Source: Mobula birostris | Taxonomy: Eukaryota | Direction: 5' to 3' | Assembly: GCF_030028105.1 (NCBI RefSeq) | Contig: NC_092371.1 | Coordinates: 14,529,884 to 14,593,883, forward strand | DNA length: 64,000 nt | In this document: in pieces, positions 40,231 to 52,869 of the stretch | How positions within the stretch are numbered: the first letter of the stretch is position 1 | Layout of the letters: each line of letters begins with the position of its first letter | The notes under the pieces: model-generated | Told to the model about the DNA's origin: nothing | What the model saw: the letters and a program-made list of their open reading frames with translations, nothing else | Database searches by the model: none | Program-made: the position numbers and the translations under genes

Positions 40231-42244
40231 TCTATTCTAATGTACCAGTAATTCTGACTGCTCACCATCCCTTTTCAGGATATTACGGATCCGTCCAGAA
40301 TAATCTTGGACTCTGGCACCTGCGAGGCAAACTACCATCCATGTTTCATTTTCACGTCCCAGTATCGGCTATCTGTCCTCCTGACCATGGGCTCCCGTAT
40401 TACTGCTGCTATTCTCTTCAGTTCCCAACCCTTCTGAGCTACAGAGCCACACTCAGTGCCAGAGGCACGGCCGCTGTTTTTTCTCCCAGGTAGGTCGTTC
40501 CCTCCTCAACGGTACTCAAATGGAGTACTTATTGTATATGGGGACGGCCACAGGCTTGCTGTCCTCTATATGACGTTCTCCCTTCCCACTTGTGACAATC
40601 ACTCATTTATCTTTCTCCTGTAGCCTTGGGGTAACTACATCCCCGTAGCTTCAGTCTGTCACTGTTTCACTTTCACTAGCAAGCCAAAGGTGCAGCTCCA
40701 ATTCCATACATCTTGATGGACACGCGCAGATGGGGCCATCGGGAAGACTGGGAGTCTCCTGGAAATTTTGAACTTTATTCAGTTCAATAACAAATCACTA
40801 TTCATTCTGAACACCATCCTACATTGTACTGAATCCTCGGGCATTCGCCTATTCCACCGCCCCAAAACTTGCTACCCTACTTATTTCAGGTGGGATGAGG
40901 CGTGAGTGGAGCAGTGAACACAAGCTCGGAGCCGAGGGGCCGAAGAGCCTCTGAGGTTTTGCTGCCGGCGACATTTTACCCTGTTGCCATGTTTGGCTCC
41001 AACGCCTACAAATTTGGGGAGGAAATAGATCTTGTTAGTCAGATGGATCGTGCTGCGGAGGCAGTCCGTGGTTGAGCTCTGTGGGTTAATGTAGCCGGTC
41101 ACCATGCCATTCTCTCGGAAAACCTGCGGACGTGAATGGGGTGGCAGCGCAGAGAACAAACGGTTAATACGACCCAAAATTTCTTCAGCTCTTTGTACTG
41201 GGAATATTTGAAGCACCACTCCCTACAGACGAGGAAACGCTACGATATGAGGTCGGCTAATTTATGCACAAGATGTCACAGATAGAAAATTGTCTGGTTA
41301 GTGTTATTGTGGTGACTGCAGGATAAATATTGTGCTCGATCGTATCCCTGTAGCAGGTCGGTGGGCGGTTGATTAGAAAATTAATTCAAAACATCACAAG
41401 GTCTATAGTACAACACTCCTTACTCTCTGCAACCATGTTGTGCCCTTCCCTCAGCACCTCCCCTACCCCAATACAACTTAAACCCAATAGTTCAAAGCTG
41501 AGACTTAAACACCCAAAATTGAACGATGCAACGCCCGTCAGAATGAAGGCTGGTCAGTGGGGCGTGACAGACACAGAACAATGGAAAATGCCCAGGATTA
41601 ATAATTATCTGTGGTGATCGATTTCTCTCTTTTGTTTTGTTGTTGTTGTTGTTGTTGACAACTAAAGTGATTCCCAGGAATATCCGGTGCATGTATGTGA
41701 TTGTATGCAAAAATGCTTTGGAGTCAAAGAGCACATAACAGGCCCATCAGCCCACAATGTATATGAAAATGATACAAATCCCATCTACTATTGTCCTATT
41801 TGTTAGCACTTGACCTTTCGCCTTCCCTGCCTTACAGATTGTAGTCCTTGGTTTGATCTACTTTGTTTCACCTTATGATATCAGTGTGTGAGGTAATTCC
41901 CTGTGTACAGCATACTTAGAGAAGATACCAGTTTGCTTGGACTTACACTGGGAACTTGGTGATTGGTTAATAGGTGGGGCAACTTGACAGTTAACATCTT
42001 GGTGACCTGTATTCATACACGGAGCCTGTACCAGATGATCACCGTGGTTGTCGGATGTCTCACCTCATCTCATCTTGCTCAACTCCAGAGGTTACCTGCG
42101 GGGTGTACAACAGAGATGGGTTAGCACAAAGAACCAGACCATGAAGTGCCAAACGGTGAAACAGGTGCACCCACACACTTAACAGTATATCCAACAACGG
42201 TCATGGAGCAGGATCAGAAGATGGTATTAATCAGCATAGGATTT

Positions 42245-42520
42245 CGGGACATAGTGAGAGGAGAGGTAGAGTGAGGGGAAAGAAAGGGAGAGAAAGTTAG
42301 GAGAAATGGGTGAGAGAGGGAGAGGGATATAGACAGACGCAGACACAGAAAGGATGGGTGAATGGAGAGGGGGAGAGTGAGACGGAGAGAGGGATAATGG
42401 CATACAGGCAGTCATACAGCAGACCGGAAGACACAGACACAGATATAGCGTGAGAATGAGAAACAGACAGAAACGGGGGTGAACAGAGGGATAGAGAGGG
42501 ATACAGACAAGCTCTCAAAC
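42245..42520. repeat. GA-rich low-complexity tract
   Basis: Purine-rich AG/GACA repeats. Confidence 0.8.
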
Positions 42521-44597
42521 ACAGATGTAGTATAGAGGGTTTACTGGGGTTGCAGACAGTGTTGTTGATCTGCAGAATGGTGTTGCCTATTTTGGAGGAA
42601 AAAATATCTGAAATGAAGAACAACGCTACCAGAAGGCCGAGTAGATTTGCAGGGCTAATATGATAAAATTAAGAGGGAAATCCCCGTATCGCTGTTTTAA
42701 TTAAATTTATTATCTGTCAGGGAAATATTGCGAAACCGAACAAATGGGTGAGTACAAGCCCATAGCCATCAAACACTCGTCATTCTTCCGGGTTTAGCTA
42801 TTAGCTCCTCGGAGTGAACTAATAGACCAAGATGTACGCCTCTACACCTTTTTGTTCAACTGTATCCTGGATTTCCTTATTGGCAGACCCCAGTCTGTAC
42901 GCATTGACAGGAACATCTTTTCCACAATCACCATCAGCACAAAATAGATTCTTGATCCGAAACCTATTCCGTTTTCTCAAAATAAACTATAAAATGATAA
43001 GACAGAGGAGCAGAGTCAGGCCATTCTGCCTTCTCAATCTCATTCTCTTGTAACCTTTGAAACCTTCACTAGTCAAGTACCGACCAATCTCTGCTCTAAA
43101 CATATCTTATGACCTGGCTTACGCAGACGGCTTGGCAATGAATTCCACAGATTCACCACCCTCTGACTGAAGTAATTCCTCATCAAAATTGGACATTCTT
43201 CTCTTCTGCGCCTGTGCCTCTATTCCTAGATCCCTTACTGTAGGAAACATACTCTTTACCAACACTTTATTTAGGCCTTTCAATATTAGATAGGTTCCAC
43301 CCGCCCAGTCTCATTATTCTAAACTCCAGCGACTACAAGCCCATAGCGATCAAACACTCCTCAGAGTTTAATCTTTCGGACCCGGGCAGATTCTCGTTAA
43401 CCTCCTCTGCACGTTCTCCAATGCCAGAACATCCTTTCTTAGATAAGGAAAAAAATATTCAGTAATGCAAAGTAAACCTACGGCTTCTTTTGGGCATCGT
43501 AGTAATCTTAAAGGAGGATTCCCTGCTGATTCCATTGCTCTTTCTTCTCCATTGTGGGCGAGTCTAGAATAAGACTGCACAGACTCAGAATAGAGCGACG
43601 TCCATTTAGAACAGAAATGGGGAGGAATTTCTTCAGCCAGAGGGTAATAAATATGTGGAATTAATTGCTACAGACGCCGTTTGAGGCCAAGTCATTGCGT
43701 ATATTTAAATCGGAGGATGATTCTTGATTAGTCTGGGAATCAAAGAATGCAGGAAATGGGATTGAAGAAGGATGGAGTGGCGGAGCGGCCTCATTATGCT
43801 CCTATGTCATATGGTCTTATAACGCACTAAGTGCAGCAGCCGCACTAAGCATAGCACGAGCTCACAGAGGAACCCCCGGGGTGCTGATTGGTGAACAAGT
43901 GTAGAGCAGTCCTGCGAGAGGATATTTTGACCCTTCTGCCGTTATCGCTGAGAATCCCACCCCCGCAAATCTGCTCAATGAACAGGCAGTAGAGTTCTGG
44001 TTCCAGGTGCCATTTTCCACTTCAGTTGTTTGACTCCCAGCTGCCCTTGGCGCTGGCTGATGGACAGCGGAGTGCCTAGGACTGCCTTGGGAACACCGTC
44101 TGACAACAAGGCTCTCCCTCATCACACCTCTTTCTACAAGTCATTCCTCCCTCTGGCAATATGTTGCGCTGTATTTACTGCTCTTCCCTCGGAGAGGTCG
44201 GTGTCCTGTCCGCCCGCTCCCCTCTCCCCAACTTCCAGCAGCAAATGAAGTACTTTCTCAGCAGTGGTGCAGAGATGGCTTGGTACTCATTTGGCCCCCT
44301 GAGGGTGATACACTGCCACCATAATGATGGGCTTCTTCTTCCATACCGGCCCCTCCCTCTCCAGGGGCGTAAGAACCCTACACTATTGTCCTCCCATTCC
44401 GAGCCCTGTAGTGCCTGCTCCAAACTGCAGTGCGTCTCTCAGCATCTACTCCTGCAGCTTGGAATGTACCAGTTCTTTATCCCTGATTTATTGGGACTGC
44501 GCTAAATTCATGGAAGCAAATTAACACCAGCAGTATCCCCTTGGTTCGGAGGTGACAGGCGAGATGAAATAAGGATAGCATGTTTGCTGCCGATTCA

Positions 44598-44611
44598 TTT
44601 CTCTCTCTCTT

Positions 44612-44676
<65 letters not shown>
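44598..44676. repeat. (CT)n microsatellite
   Basis: Long near-perfect CT run. Confidence 0.97.
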
Positions 44677-44680
<4 letters not shown>

Positions 44681-46232
44681 TTCAGTCGTCGCCTACTGAA
44701 AGAAGGCTGATTGGAGGAAATGTAAAGGCGGGGCCAGTTGCTTTTCTCGGAGCTGCCGGTGGAGGGGGCAGTTGCTTAAAGGGGCAATGTCCCTCCGCCA
44801 TCCCAGCCGGTGCACACTGCAAGATTGACTGCCGCAGTTTCGGGTGACAACAGCACCTCTTTAAAAATCCGGTCGCCATAATTTTGCCTTGGGTTTTTTT
44901 TTTAAATTCTGCTCGCCAAGGGCTGCTGATGGACCTTTCTGGCTCTCCTAATTCCATTCTTAAGCTCCTTCCTGTCAGCCTTATAATCTTGTAGATCTCC
45001 ATCACTACCTAGTTTTTTGAACCTTTCATAAGCTTTTATTTTTTTCTTGACTAGATTTTCAGCAGCCTTTGTACACCATGGTTCCTGTGCTCTACCATCC
45101 TTTCCCTGTCTCATTGGAACGTACCTATGCAGAACGCCCAGCAAATATCCACTGAACATTTGCCATATTTCTGCCGTACATTTACCTGAGAAAATCTGTT
45201 TCCGATTTTTGCTTCCAAGTTGCACCCTGAATATGTCAAATTTCCCCTTACTCCAATTAAACGCTTTCCTGACTTGACTGTTCCTATCCGTCCCTAATGC
45301 TGTGGAAAAGGAGATAGAATTTTGATCACTATCTCCAAAATGCTCTCCCATTGAGAGCCCTGACACCTGACCAGGTTCATTTCCCAATACCAGATCAAGT
45401 ACAGCCTCCCCTCTTTTATGTTCAATCACATGCTGTGCCAAGAAACCGTCCTGAACGCATTTAACAATCTCCACCCCATCCAAACCCCTTCCTCGAGGAG
45501 ATAGCAATCAATCTTTGGGAAGTTAAAATCTCCCTCCACGACAACCATGTTATTATTACACCTTTCCAGAACCTGTCTCCCTATCTGCTCCTCGATGTCC
45601 CTGTTACTATTAGGTGGTATATTTAGAAACACCCAGCAGAGTTATTGGCCCCTTCCAGTTTCTACCTTCCACCCAGAGAGACTCAGTAGACAATCCCTCT
45701 ATGACTTCCTCATTTTCTGCAGCCGTAACACTATCTCTGATCAGCAGTACCACACCTCGACCTCTTTTGCCTTCCACCCTGTCCTTTCTGAAACATATAA
45801 AGCCTGGGACTCTAAGTAACCATTCCTACCCCTGAGCAATCCAAGTCTCTGTAATGACCAAAACATCATCGCTCCAAGTACTGATCCACCCTCCAAGTTC
45901 ATCTGCTTGGTTCATGATGCATCTTGGATTAAAATAGACACATCTCAAACCGTCAGTCTGAGCGTATCCCTGCTCTATCACCTGCTTATCGTCTCTCTCG
46001 CACTGTCTCCAAGTTTGCTCCATTTGTGAGCCAATCGCCACATCCTCCGTTTTTACCGTTCGGTTCCCACCCCGTAGCAATTCTGGTTTAAATTCACCCC
46101 AAGAGCAAACCTCCCTGCCTGGATATTTAAACGCAGGCAACAGGAATTCTGCAGATGCTGGAAATTCAAGCAACACACATAAAAGTTGCTGGTGAACGCA
46201 GCAGGCCAGGCAGCATCTCTAGGAAGAGGTGC

Positions 46233-46268
46233 AGTCGACGTTTCAGGCTGAGACCCTTCGTCAGGACT
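46233..46268 (-). ncRNA. Minimal type I hammerhead ribozyme motif
   Basis: Minus strand reads AGUC-CUGACGA-AGGGUCUCAGCCU-GAAACGUC-GACU. Confidence 0.7.
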
Positions 46269-49200
46269 AACTGAAGGAAGAGTGAGTAAGGCATTTGAAA
46301 GTTGGAGGGGGAGGGGAAGATCCAAAATGATTAGAGAAGACAGGAGGGGGAGGGATGGAGCCTAGAGCTGGACAGGTGATAGGCAAAAGGGATACGAGAA
46401 GATCATGGGACAGGAAGTCCGGGAAGAAAGACAAGGGGGGCGGAACCCAGAGGATGGGCAAGGGGTATATTCAGAGGGACAGAGGGAGAAAAAGGAGAGT
46501 GAGAGAAAGAATTTGTGCATAAAAATAAGTAACAGATGGGGTACGAGGGGGAGGTTGGGCCTTAGCGGAAGTTAGAGAAGTCGATGTTCATGCCGTCAGG
46601 TTGGAGGCTACCCAGACGGAATATAAGGTGTTCTTCCTCGAACCTGAGTGCGGCTTCATCTTTACAGTTGAGGAGGCCGTGGACAGACATGTCAGAATGG
46701 GAATGGGATGTGGAATTAAAATGTGTGGCCACTGGGAGATCCCGCCCTCCCCGGCGGACAGAGCGTAGATGTTCAGCAAAGCGGTCTCCCAGTCTGCGTC
46801 GGGTCTCGCCAACATATAAAGGGCCACATCGGGAGCACCGGACGCAGTATATCACCCCAGCCGACGCAGAAGTGAAGTGTTGCCTCACCTGGAAGGACTG
46901 TTTGGGGTCCTGAATGGTGGTAAGGGAGGAAGTGTAAGGGTATGTGTAGCACTTGTTCCGCTTACACGGATAAGTGCCAGGAGGGAGATCATTGGGGAGG
47001 GATGGGTGTGACGAATGGACAAGGGAGTTGCGTAGGGAGCGATCCATGCGGAATGCGGGGGAGGGGGGGGGGAGGGAAAGATGTGCTTAGTGGTGGGATC
47101 CCGTTGGAGGTGGCGGAAGTTACGGAGAATAATATGGTGGTCCCGGAGGCTGGTGGGGTGGTAGGTGAGGACCAGGGGAACCCTATTCCTAGTGGGGTGG
47201 CGGGAGGATTCAGTGAGAGCAGATGTACGTGAAATGGGGGAGAAGCGTTTAAGAGCAGAGTTGATACTGGAGGAAGGGAAGCCCCTTATTTTAAAAAAGG
47301 AAGACATCTCCCTCGTCCTAGGATGAAAAGCCTCAGCCTGAGAGCAGATGCGGCGGAGACGGAGGTATTGCGAGAAAGGGATGGCGTTTTTGCAAGAGAT
47401 AGGGTGAGAAGAGGAATAGTCCAGATAGCTGTGAGAGTCAGTAGGCTTATAGTAGACATCAGTGGATAAGCTGTCTCCAGAGACAGAGACAGAAAGATCT
47501 AGAAAGGGGATGGAGGTGTCGGAAATGGACCAGGTAAACTTGAGGGCAAGGTGAAAGTTGGAGGCAAAGTTCATAAAGTCAACGAGCTCTGCATGGGTGC
47601 AGGAAGCAGCGACAATGCAGTCGTCGATGTAGCGAAGGAAAAGTGGGGGACAGATACCAGAATAAGCACGGAACATAGATTGTTCCACAAAGCCAACAAA
47701 AAGGCAGGCATATCTAGGACCCATACGGGTGCCCATAGCTAAACCTTTAGTTTGGAGGAAGTGGGAGGAGCCAAAGGAGAAATTATTCAGAGTAAGGACT
47801 AATTCCGCTAGACGGAGCAGAGTGGTGATAGAGGGGAACTGATTAGGTCTGGAATCCAAAAAGAAGCGTAGAGCTTTGAGACCTTCCTGATGGGGTATGG
47901 AAGTATATAGGGACTGGACATCCATGGTGAAAATAAAGCGGTGGGGGCCAGAGAACTTAAAATTATCGAAAGGTTTAAGAGCGTGAGAAGTGTCACGAAC
48001 ATAGGTCGGAAGGGATTGAACAAGGGGGGGATAAAACCGTGTCGAGGTATGCAGAAATGAGTTCGGTGGGGCAGGAGCAAGCTGAGACAATAGGTCTGCC
48101 AAAACAGGCAGGTTTGTGGATCTTGGGTAGGAGGTAGAAACGGGAAGTGCGAGGTGTGGGAACTATAAGGTTGGTAGCACTGGATGGGAGATCCCCTGAG
48201 CGGATAAAGTCGGTGATGGTGTGGGAGACAATGGCCTGGTGCTCCTTAGTGGGGTCACGATCGAGGGGTAAATAAGAGGAGGTATCCGCGAGTTGCCTCT
48301 GTGCCTCGTCAAGGTAGAGGTCAGTACGCCAGACTACAACGCCATCCCCTTCTCGCAATTCCTCCGTCTGCGCCGCGTCTGCTCTCAGGATGAGGCTTTT
48401 CATTCTAGGACGAGGGAGATGTCTTCCTTTTTTAAAGAAAGGGGCTTCCCTTCCTCCACTATCAACTCTGCTCTTAAACGCATCTCCCCTATTTCACGTA
48501 CATCTGCTCTCACTCCTTCCTCCCGCCACCCCACTAGGAATAGGGTTCCCCTGGTCCTCACCTACCACCCACCAGCCTTCGGGTCCAACATATTATTCTC
48601 CGTAACTCCCGCCACCTCCAACGGGATCCCACCACTAAGCACATTTTTTCCCTCCCCCCCCCCGCATTCCGCAGGGATCGCTCCCTACGCAACTCCCTTG
48701 TCCATTCGTCACACCCATCCCTCCCCAATGATCTCCCTCCTGGCACTTATCCGTGTAAGCGGAACAAGTGCTACACATACCCTTACACTTCCTCCCTTAC
48801 CACCATTCAGGACCCCAAACAGTCCTTCCAGGTGAGGCAACACTTCACCTGTGAATCGGCTGGGGTGATATACTGCGTCCGGTGCTCCCGATGTGGCCTT
48901 TTATATGTTGGCGAGACCCGACGCAGACTGGGAGACCGCTTTGCTGAACATCTACGCTCTGTCCGCCGGGGAGGGCGGGATCTCCCAGTGGCCACACATT
49001 TTAATTCCACATCCCATTCCCATTCTGACATGTCTGTCCACTGCCTCCTCTGCTGTAAAGATGAAGCCACACTCAGGTTGAAGGAACAGCACCTTATATT
49101 CCGTCTGGGTAGTCTCCAACCTGATGGCATGAACATCGACTTCTCTGACTTCCGCTAATGCCCCACCTCCCCCTCGTACCCCATCTGTTACTTATTTTTA

Positions 49201-49438
49201 TACACACATTCTTTCTCTCACTCTCCTTTTTCTCCCTCTGACCCCCTTGCCCATCCTCTGGGTTCCGCCCCCCTTGTCTTTCTTCCCGGACCTCCTGTCC
49301 CATGATCTTCTCGTATCCCTTTTGACTATCTCCTGTCCAGCTCTTGGCTCCATCCCTCCCCCTCCTGTCTTCTCCTATTATTTTGGATCTCCCCCTCCCC
49401 TCCAACTTTCAAATCCCTTACTCACTCTTCCTTCAGTT

Positions 49439-49474
49439 AGTCCTGACGAAGGGTCTCGGCCTGAAACGTCGACT
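49439..49474 (+). ncRNA. Minimal type I hammerhead ribozyme motif
   Basis: AGUC-CUGACGA-AGGGUCUCGGCCU-GAAACGUC-GACU. Confidence 0.75.
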
Positions 49475-51069
49475 GCACCTCTTCCTAGAGATGCTGCCTG
49501 GCTTGCTGCGTTCACCAGCAACTTTTATGTGTGTTGCCTGGATATTGACCCCTTTGGGAATCAAGTGCAACCCGTCTTTTTTGTACAGGTCACGCCTGTC
49601 CGAAACGATGTCCCAATGATACAGAAATCAGAATCTCTGCCGCCTACTCCAATCCCTCAGCCATGCATTTATCCTCCACCTCCCTCTATTCCTATACTCA
49701 CTGTCGCTTGGCACAGGCAGTAATCCCGAGGGTACTACCTTTGAGGTCCAGCTTCTCAACGTTCTTCCTATCTCCCTGTGGTCTGTTTTCAGAGCCTCCT
49801 CCCTTTTCCTATCTATGTTGTTGGTACCAATATGTACAACGACCTCTGGCGGTTCACTTTCCAACTTCAGGATATCGTGGACGCGATCGGAAAGATCCCG
49901 GTCTCTGGCCCCTGGGAGGCAAACTACCATCCGTATTTCTTTCCTGCGTCCACAGAATTGCCTGTCTGACCTCCTAGCTATAGAGTCACCTATTAATGCT
50001 GCCTTATTCTTTTTCCTACCCTTCTGAGCCACGGGGATAGACTCTGTGCCAGAGGCGCGGCCGCTATTGCTTTCCCCAGGTAGGGCTTCTCCCGCCCAAC
50101 ATTACTCAAACAGAACTACTTATTGTGAAGGGGGACAACCACAGGGGCACTCTCTAGTATTTGACTCTTGCCTTTCCCTCCCTTGACTTTTAACCACTTA
50201 TCTGTCTCCTGAGGCTCCAGTGTGACTACTTGCTTATAGCTCCTCTACTTTCTTTGTTGTGCTAATAGTTACCACGGTAAGACGGTTCCGTTGAGTCGTA
50301 CGTTCAGTGAAACGGTTTGGAAAGGGCTCAGCGAGGTCTCACGAGTATGCAGAACGGGGAGGTCCATCCTCCTAGACGATATTTCTCTTCCCGCGGGGAT
50401 CGTGGCGTTTCATGGTGCCTGTTGAGAACGTCTTTACGGATCAATGTGTCCAATTGCCCGCTCCCCGCATCTGTGTCACTGGGAATCAGTCGCCGCCTTC
50501 TGGAATAGGGCTGAGAGGAGAAAATGTAAAAGACGGGGTCCCTTGTTTTCCTAGGAGCTGCCGGAAAAGGAAGCAGCCGCTTAAAAAGGCAGTGTCCCTC
50601 CTCCATCGCAGCGGGTGCAAAGGGAAGTCTCGACTGCCGAGGGTTCAGGGGACAACGAGCTCTTCTTTAGAAATCCAGTCGATTGAATTTTAAAGGGCCT
50701 CTCCACTCTGTTTGAATTCCAAACCGATTCCACAGTTACGCATTGCCTCTCCGGCAAACCTCTCCTTCCCATTAAAGGGGCAGGGTGATTATTCATCCGA
50801 TCCCTCTTACGCCTGTGGATGGCCTATCACAAACGGACAACGAACTACCACAATCGCCTAGCTAGCGATTGAAGAAAGATCCGAGGCAGCTTACAAAGGA
50901 ACTGGAGGAACTCATCGGGTCAGGGAGTATCATTGGAGGGAAGGGGAAAGTGGACATTTCGTGTCAAGACCCTTTATCTGTGCTGCCAATGAAGACAGAT
51001 TGTCCCCGAAATATAGAGCCCCCAGCATCCCACGTTTACATGATGATATTAAAGTAAATAAAGGTGTTA

Positions 51070-51780
51070 TTAAAATTGGCATCAGTATTAGTTTATTATT
51101 GTGCAATGTACCAAGATATAGTTGAAAGCTTGTCTAGGATGCTGCTTAGACAGATCAAATCATTACACAATGCACTAAGGTAGTGTAAAATAATTACAAT
51201 GCAGAATAAAATGCAACAGCTACAGAGAAAGTGCAGCGCGGGTAAACAATGAAGTGCAAATAATATCCAGGTAGCCAGAAGTCCATCCACACAAGAGGTC
51301 CGTACAGGAGTCTCATAACAGTGGATAGAAGCTGCCCTTGGGCCTGGTGGTCGTGCTTTCATGGCTTTTGTATCTTCCGCCCGTTGGGAGAGCGAAGAAG
51401 AGAGAATGTCCGGGGTGGGTGGGGTCTTTCATTATGTTTACTGAGGGTGGTTTGCGTGGTATGCTGAGCTCTGTTCACAATTCTCTGCAGTTTCTCCTGG
51501 CTCTGGTTATGGCCTCCGCCTTAGATCTGTTTCGGCGGTAGGTGAATTGCAGCGGGTGGAAGTTGTGCAGAAAACTGGAAAGGATACGTGCCATGAAGAG
51601 GGTGTCGGAGAGTTTCATGACGCTAGATGTTAAAGCCACAGTGTGGTGGACCTTAAGGTACGTAATTTTGTTTCTCTTAAGTACTGGAATGATAGTGGTC
51701 AACTTAAAGGAGGAGGGAACTAAACCTTAATGAAGGGAGAGTTTGAATTTTCCTGTCGTTAGATCCGCATAGATTCTATC
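51070..51780 (-). mobile_element. Rex1/Babar-like LINE remnant
   Basis: ORF 51475..51702 reads 'TTIIPVLKRNKIT...VALTSSVMK...PLQFTYRRNRS', the Rex1-type RT N-terminal block. Confidence 0.7.
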
Positions 51781-52514
51781 GTCATGGCCAAAGACACAAT
51801 CCAGGCCCAATGCTTTCGGAATGAACTATAAAGAGCTTAAAATGATGCTGCCTTGACTTGAGGTCTCGAGTTGCAAGGGGAGGATGAGTACATTAGGACC
51901 ATTCTCTGGAACGTTAGTGATTGGAAAGTGACCTGATAGGCATATAAGATCGAGGGGCGAAAGCAAGGCGAAAACACGCCGTCTTTTTTCCAGGCAACGG
52001 GCGCCAAGAACAAGAGGGCAAAGATTTAAGATCAGATGCGACAGATATAAACAGAAAATCAGGGGCTGCCTTTTCAAGCAAATAATGGTGAGTATTTGAA
52101 AGCAGCTGCCAGACACCGTGGTCAATGCGTGTACATTAACAACATTTAAAAGCCATCCAGAAAAATAGAAGGATCGGAATGGGTTGGAGTTCTATGGGTC
52201 AAAAACGGTTTAATGGGATGGACGTTGGGCCGATAGGCTGCTTTGAGCGATATATGACTCTATGATATCACAGCTGCTTCTGAGAAATAGACAGGAATGT
52301 TTCCAGAAACTGAATCCCAGTAAACAAAGATTCAAAACGGGGGACAAAGGTGCTTTGTACAGGTCGTTGTGATCAGGAACTAAAGCTCAAAAGCTCTGGA
52401 AATATTTAATAATCAGAACCTAGGTAAAACAGCACAGGAAAATGTCCCTCATCCCACAATGTATTTAGCCGAACAGAGAGACAAATGAAACTAATTCTCC
52501 TTTGCTTGAACGTG

Positions 52515-52860
52515 ATCCATGTCCTGTCATATTCATTTTTTGACGAATAAAGGCCAATATGCCAAAAGCTCTCCTTACGACCCTATCTACCTGTGACACC
52601 ACTTTAAGGGAATTTTGTATCTGTATTCCCAGACCCCTCTGTTCTACTACACTCCTCAGTGCCTTACCATTCACCCTGTATGTTCTGTTTGTCCTTCCAA
52701 AGTGCAATACCTCACACTTGTCTGTATTAAACTCCATCTGCCATTTTTCAGCCCCCTTTTCCAGCTGGTCCAAATCCCTCTGAAAGCTTTGAAAAACTTC
52801 TTTACTGTCCACTACACCTCCAATCTTTGTATCATCAGCAAATGTGCTGATTTACTTCAA
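52515..52860 (-). mobile_element. CR1 RT fragment
   Basis: Closely resembles 7540-7870 ('WQMEFNTDKCEVLHFGRTN'). Confidence 0.9.
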
Positions 52861-52869
52861 CAGGGATGC

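Larger units (their letters stand above)
46128..49534. mobile_element. PLE-D: long arm (minus, ~46137-48340) joined to a short 3' arm (plus, ~48338-49534), 12-bp TSD
   Basis: TGCCTGGATATT at 46116-46127 and 49535-49546; RT and GIY-YIG motifs in ORFs 46885..48102 and 46562..47047. Confidence 0.92.
44935..50250 (-). mobile_element. CR1 5' half (ORF1 esterase plus endonuclease) interrupted by PLE-D
   Basis: ORF 49628..50032 has 'LIGDSIARR' and 'HIGTNN'; endonuclease fragments lie at 44935-46120. Confidence 0.85.

Noticed and set aside
41945-42085. AG/GT-bounded minus-strand segment containing 'IIWYRL', resembling an Ig fragment
   Set aside because: All three frames contain stops, and the canonical Cys residues and domain length are absent.
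43862-44524. Overlapping 66-114 aa ORFs in apparently unique sequence
   Set aside because: No recognisable motif or splice structure; possibly old repeat debris.
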